A stretch of 15,018 nucleotides of DNA from Tubiluchus corallicola (Eukaryota > Animalia > Priapulida). Below the pieces are notes generated by a model. The model made no database searches, was not told where the DNA came from, and saw nothing but the letters and a program-made list of their open reading frames with translations. Position numbers and translations under genes: made by a program. The stretch's first letter is position 1, and every line of letters starts with the position of its first letter. Below are positions 1 through 15,018 of this stretch, piece after piece. Where the stretch lies: the NCBI GenBank assembly GCA_030141605.1, contig JAQGDQ010002100.1, positions 1 through 15,018 on the forward strand, read 5' to 3'.

Positions 1-801
1 GTCTGTACGCCGGAGTTCGGTCCGTGCAATGGTAAGCAGTACAACTGTTACAGCTACGTGGGAAACAACACGTACATCGCGCGCACGAAGACGTACAACT
101 ACAACTGCTTCCAGTTCTTGCCGGTGTCGAAGACCGCCTACCTAATGAGGACGCTGACGACCAAGGCCTCGATGGCGCCAAGACCGAACGAGAACGTCAG
201 CAGCTCCGTGTGCGACATCACGCAACCTGACCCGTCAAATTTCACAGTGCTGGTCAAGTCCGTTGCCGATGATACACAACTGGACTACATCAAGTGTCCG
301 GTGGAGTTCTTGGGCAAGTTCAACTACACCGTCATTGATGGCAATAACAAGAGGCAATGTGGCGCCAACAGTCTTCTGGACGGATGCACCAACAAGCATA
401 ACCTCTTCTTCGACTACGACAAATGCGCACGACGCATTGCCAAGTCCATCACTGGCATGATCAGCTGCATTGCATCATGGGAAGGAAAAGCCGGATTGAA
501 GTTCTTGTACGTCAGGAACAGGATGGACAGCAAAGACGACGGTGCGGGAAGCAGTCCGGTGACCAACGACTCGTGGAACAGGGTCACGTGTTTCACGTAC
601 GCGTCCGAGCCCAACACGGGTGCTCTGCAAGTGGCTTTGACCACGGCCTGCAAAGCGGAGTTGAACTTCAACGACTCCAACACGGAAGGTAACCGTCTTC
701 TGCTGTCTCGGAAAGAGTTCTGTTCCGGGTCATCTGCTCTTGCGGTCCTTACGTCTTTACTGACTATCACAAGTGTGGTCGTCTTCAATATAATCCACTG
801 A
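1..801 (+). CDS. 5'-truncated terminal coding exon of an uncharacterised Cys-rich extracellular protein with a probable GPI-anchor signal; resembles invertebrate DUF7042-type domain proteins
   Basis: Frame 1 is open from base 1 (VCTPEFGPCNGKQYNCYSYVGNN...) to TGA at 799-801, with strong third-position C/G bias. It has spaced Cys motifs (CPVEFLGKFNYT, LDGCT, YDKC, SCIASWEG, VTCFTY) and six N-glycosylation sequons (NNT, NVS, NFT, NYT, NDS twice). It ends in SGSS followed by a hydrophobic tail with no cytoplasmic residues. The domain name comes from motif recall and needs an HMM search. Confidence 0.85.
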   Translation, partial: VCTPEFGPCNGKQYNCYSYVGNNTYIARTKTYNYNCFQFLPVSKTAYLMRTLTTKASMAPRPNENVSSSVCDITQPDPSNFTVLVKSVADDTQLDYIKCPVEFLGKFNYTVIDGNNKRQCGANSLLDGCTNKHNLFFDYDKCARRIAKSITGMISCIASWEGKAGLKFLYVRNRMDSKDDGAGSSPVTNDSWNRVTCFTYASEPNTGALQVALTTACKAELNFNDSNTEGNRLLLSRKEFCSGSSALAVLTSLLTITSVVVFNIIH

Positions 802-981
802 TCCAGCTCTTTCAGCGTCTCATTGGGCAGCTTAAACCAAAGAGTTCTCTTCCGGGTCGTTTGCTCTTGCGGTCCTTACGTTTTTACTAACTATCACAAC
901 TGTGGTCGTCTTCAACATCATCAACAACATCATTCTTACTGATCCAGCTCTTTCAGCGTCTCATTGGGCAGCTCAGACCAA
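712..981 (+). repeat. Diverged tandem duplication (127 bp period) of the end of the CDS, stop region and proximal 3' UTR
   Basis: AAAGAGTTC...GCTCTTGCGGTCCTTACG...GTGGTCGTCTTCAA...ACTGATCCAGCTCTTTCAGCGTCTCATTGGGCAGCT starts at both 712 and 839. Confidence 0.92.
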
Positions 982-1084
982 GTCAGAACTTACAATTTCA
1001 TTATGTAAATTTCGTTTACATAGATACTTACGTCGTTTCTTCCACATACAATCTGCATAATACTGTAAAATGTGAGAGAGTTCT

Positions 1085-1562
1085 TCTGAGATTTGCTTAT
1101 GATTGTTTACTCTCTTTTGTGTGGTACACTTAATTATTTATCTGTATTAATTATTCTTAAATACATAGATATTTATGTATTACGTTTGCATACATAGCTG
1201 ATGATTGTACTTCTCTGTGTTGTAGAATGTAGTTACTTATCTGTAATAATTATTCTTATATACATACATATTACATTTCATATATATTTCATTTACATAC
1301 ATAGTTCACAATTGTACCTTTTTGAGCTATGCAGTTTAAGTATTTATCTGTATTATTCTTAAATACATAGATATTTACGTATTACATTTGCATACATAGT
1401 TCACGATTGTACTTCTTTGTGTTGTAGAATGTAATTACTTATATGTAATAATTATTCTTATATACATAGATATTTATGTATTACATTTGCATACATACTT
1501 CACAATTGTACTTCTTTGTGTTGTAGAATGTAAATATTTATCTGCAATAATTATTCTTATGT
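1085..1562. repeat. Degenerate ~100 bp AT-rich tandem repeat, about 5 copies, in the probable 3' UTR
   Basis: TTATTCTTA(A/T)ATACATA recurs at ~1151, 1250, 1354 and 1452 (partial at 1551). ATTGTAC(T/C)T recurs at ~1204, 1310, 1406 and 1505. Confidence 0.85.
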
Positions 1563-1817
1563 ATAAAACATAACAGTATGATTTACAGGAGGTACAATAT
1601 AAACCTTGTATGATTAAAATTAGTTTGTAACCAAGAAAAATTAATCGGTGAAATTAAAGCTGAAGTTGCAGTATGTAGACTTGTGTGTATGTAGAAATAA
1701 TTTACACTTTATTAGCAACCAGGAAGTTTAAATGATAAATTGATGAAAATATATGTGAAAATCGTACAGTAAACAATGTTGGAAATTAGTATCGAAGACT
1801 ACCTTTTCACTTGAGTT

Positions 1818-2204
<387 letters not shown>

Positions 2205-2386
2205 TACAATTAGTATACGGCTTGTGTCATATGACATATATCCAATAACGTGCCAACATTTCTATAAATTTGGGAGCCCAATCATGAGTTTGGCCCGGGA
2301 CCATAAGTAACTAAATCCAGCCCGGGATCTTAGTAATCTGAACATTATGAATAAAACATGATAAAACATGATAAAAATCACAACAG

Positions 2387-2392
2387 TTTATT
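2387..2392 (-). terminator. Probable polyadenylation signal (AATAAA) of the ALDH gene
   Basis: TTTATT on + lies ~150 nt past the ALDH stop. On the - strand it is followed by GT/T-rich sequence (CTGTTGTGATTTTTATCATGTTTT). Confidence 0.6.
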
Positions 2393-2539
2393 AAAAAATA
2401 AATTCTTGATTTTAAGAAGTAGAATGATCAAAATTTAACAGATTCTTTGATTAACTTTTCACTTCACCGGTTTGAAATCACTAGAGAGGTGATGACTTTG
2501 TAATCCTCGGAGAGACGATCGCTTGACTAGCTAGACGTC

Positions 2540-14089
<11,550 letters not shown>

Positions 14090-14275
14090 CTAAAAATAAG
14101 GAGCCATATTATAGCTTAAATGCGTTTAAATTTAAATAATATGTCGCTAGACTGGAGATGTCTTATCAAATCAAGGATACATCTATGACTAGACACATTG
14201 CCCAAAAAGATATCGTTGCTGCTCAAATTTACAAAAGCATAAATTTACTGGTGCATGAACTTTGACCCGAGTCGG

Positions 14276-14464
14276 AGAGGTTTTGACTCTGCTGCAGTAC
14301 TTATTGTTTATCCGCTGTCTAGACTTAAGCGTTAACGAAACAGAGATTACTAACTAGGTAAGTAAGATAGAGGTTTTGACTCTGCTGCAGTACTTATTGT
14401 TTATCCGCTGTCTAGACTTAAGCGTTAACGAAACAGAGATTACTAGCTAGGTAAGTAAGAGAGG
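14276..14464. repeat. Near-perfect 93 bp tandem duplication
   Basis: AGAGGTTTTGACTCTGCTGCAG...CTAGGTAAGTAAGA starts at 14276 and 14369. Confidence 0.95.
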
Positions 14465-15018
14465 TGGGGGAGGGAAAAAAAGGGTGGAGACAAGAGAGGT
14501 GGTATATATGAAGAAAGAGGGAGAGAAGAGGGTGGTGGCAGAGAGAGAAAGAAAACAGTGAGGGAGAGAGGAGAGAGAGAGAGAGAGAGAGAGAGCAAGG
14601 GACAGAGAGAGAGGAGACAGAGGGTAGAGAGGGACGAAGGGAGAGAGAGAGAGAGAGGAGGAGAGGGAGGGAGGGAGGGAGAAAGAGAGGCGAGAGAGAG
14701 AGAGAGAGAGAGAGGGGGAGCAAGGGACAGAGAGAGAGAAGGAGACAGAGGGTAGAGAGGGACGAAGGGAGAGAGAGAGAGAGGAGGAGAGGGAGGGAGG
14801 GAGGGAGAAAGAGAGGCGAGAGAGAGAGAGAGAGGGGGAGCAAGGGACAGAGAGAGAGAGAAGGAGACAGAGGGTAGAGAGGGACGAAGGGAGAGAGAGA
14901 GAGAGAGAGGGGAGGAGAGGACCTGGACTTATCTCTCTCTTCGCTAGAGCACCTCATCTGTACACCATCTCCTTTTGGTGTAGAATTCTATTGCTTTCTA
15001 CACACGCTGAGGCCTTTG
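14465..15018 (-). mobile_element. Interspersed repeat, copy 2 (inverted relative to copy 1, cut by the window end)
   Basis: The reverse complement of 15018-14560 matches 12409-12870, including an identical ~100 bp head. Confidence 0.7.

Noticed and set aside
31-39. Donor-like GGTAAGCAG near the window start, and the GTG start at 58 used by the ORF track
   Set aside because: The frame is open with coding-like codon use from base 1, so the exon most simply begins upstream of the window.

Overview
This is eukaryotic, most likely invertebrate animal, genomic DNA with two convergent genes. On the + strand, 1-801 is the 3' end of an uncharacterised cysteine-rich, probably GPI-anchored surface protein. 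On the - strand, 14089 down to 2540 holds the last nine coding exons of a class 1/2 aldehyde dehydrogenase (ALDH1A-like). The exons are 129, 114, 103, 185, 165, 158, 75, 40 and 33 bp, all with GT-AG boundaries and matching phases. Spliced, they give 333 aa plus a stop with the catalytic Asn, Glu and Cys intact; the 5' exons lie beyond the window. The introns are full of 5'-truncated LINEs, a MITE, minisatellites and microsatellites. Four observations stand out. (1) A 1.58 kb tandem array was built by amplifying an ALDH exon/intron junction, giving 18 near-identical 5' splice sites in a row. (2) A near-identical ~460 bp inverted repeat pair brackets two phase-0 exons totalling 243 nt, a circRNA or exon-skipping geometry. 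(3) One exon/intron junction is colinear with the end of a neighbouring MITE. (4) The gene carries both the ALDH1A-type and the ALDH2-type 3' intron. Most long ORFs in the supplied track are repeat artefacts. There is no prokaryotic system or CRISPR array.
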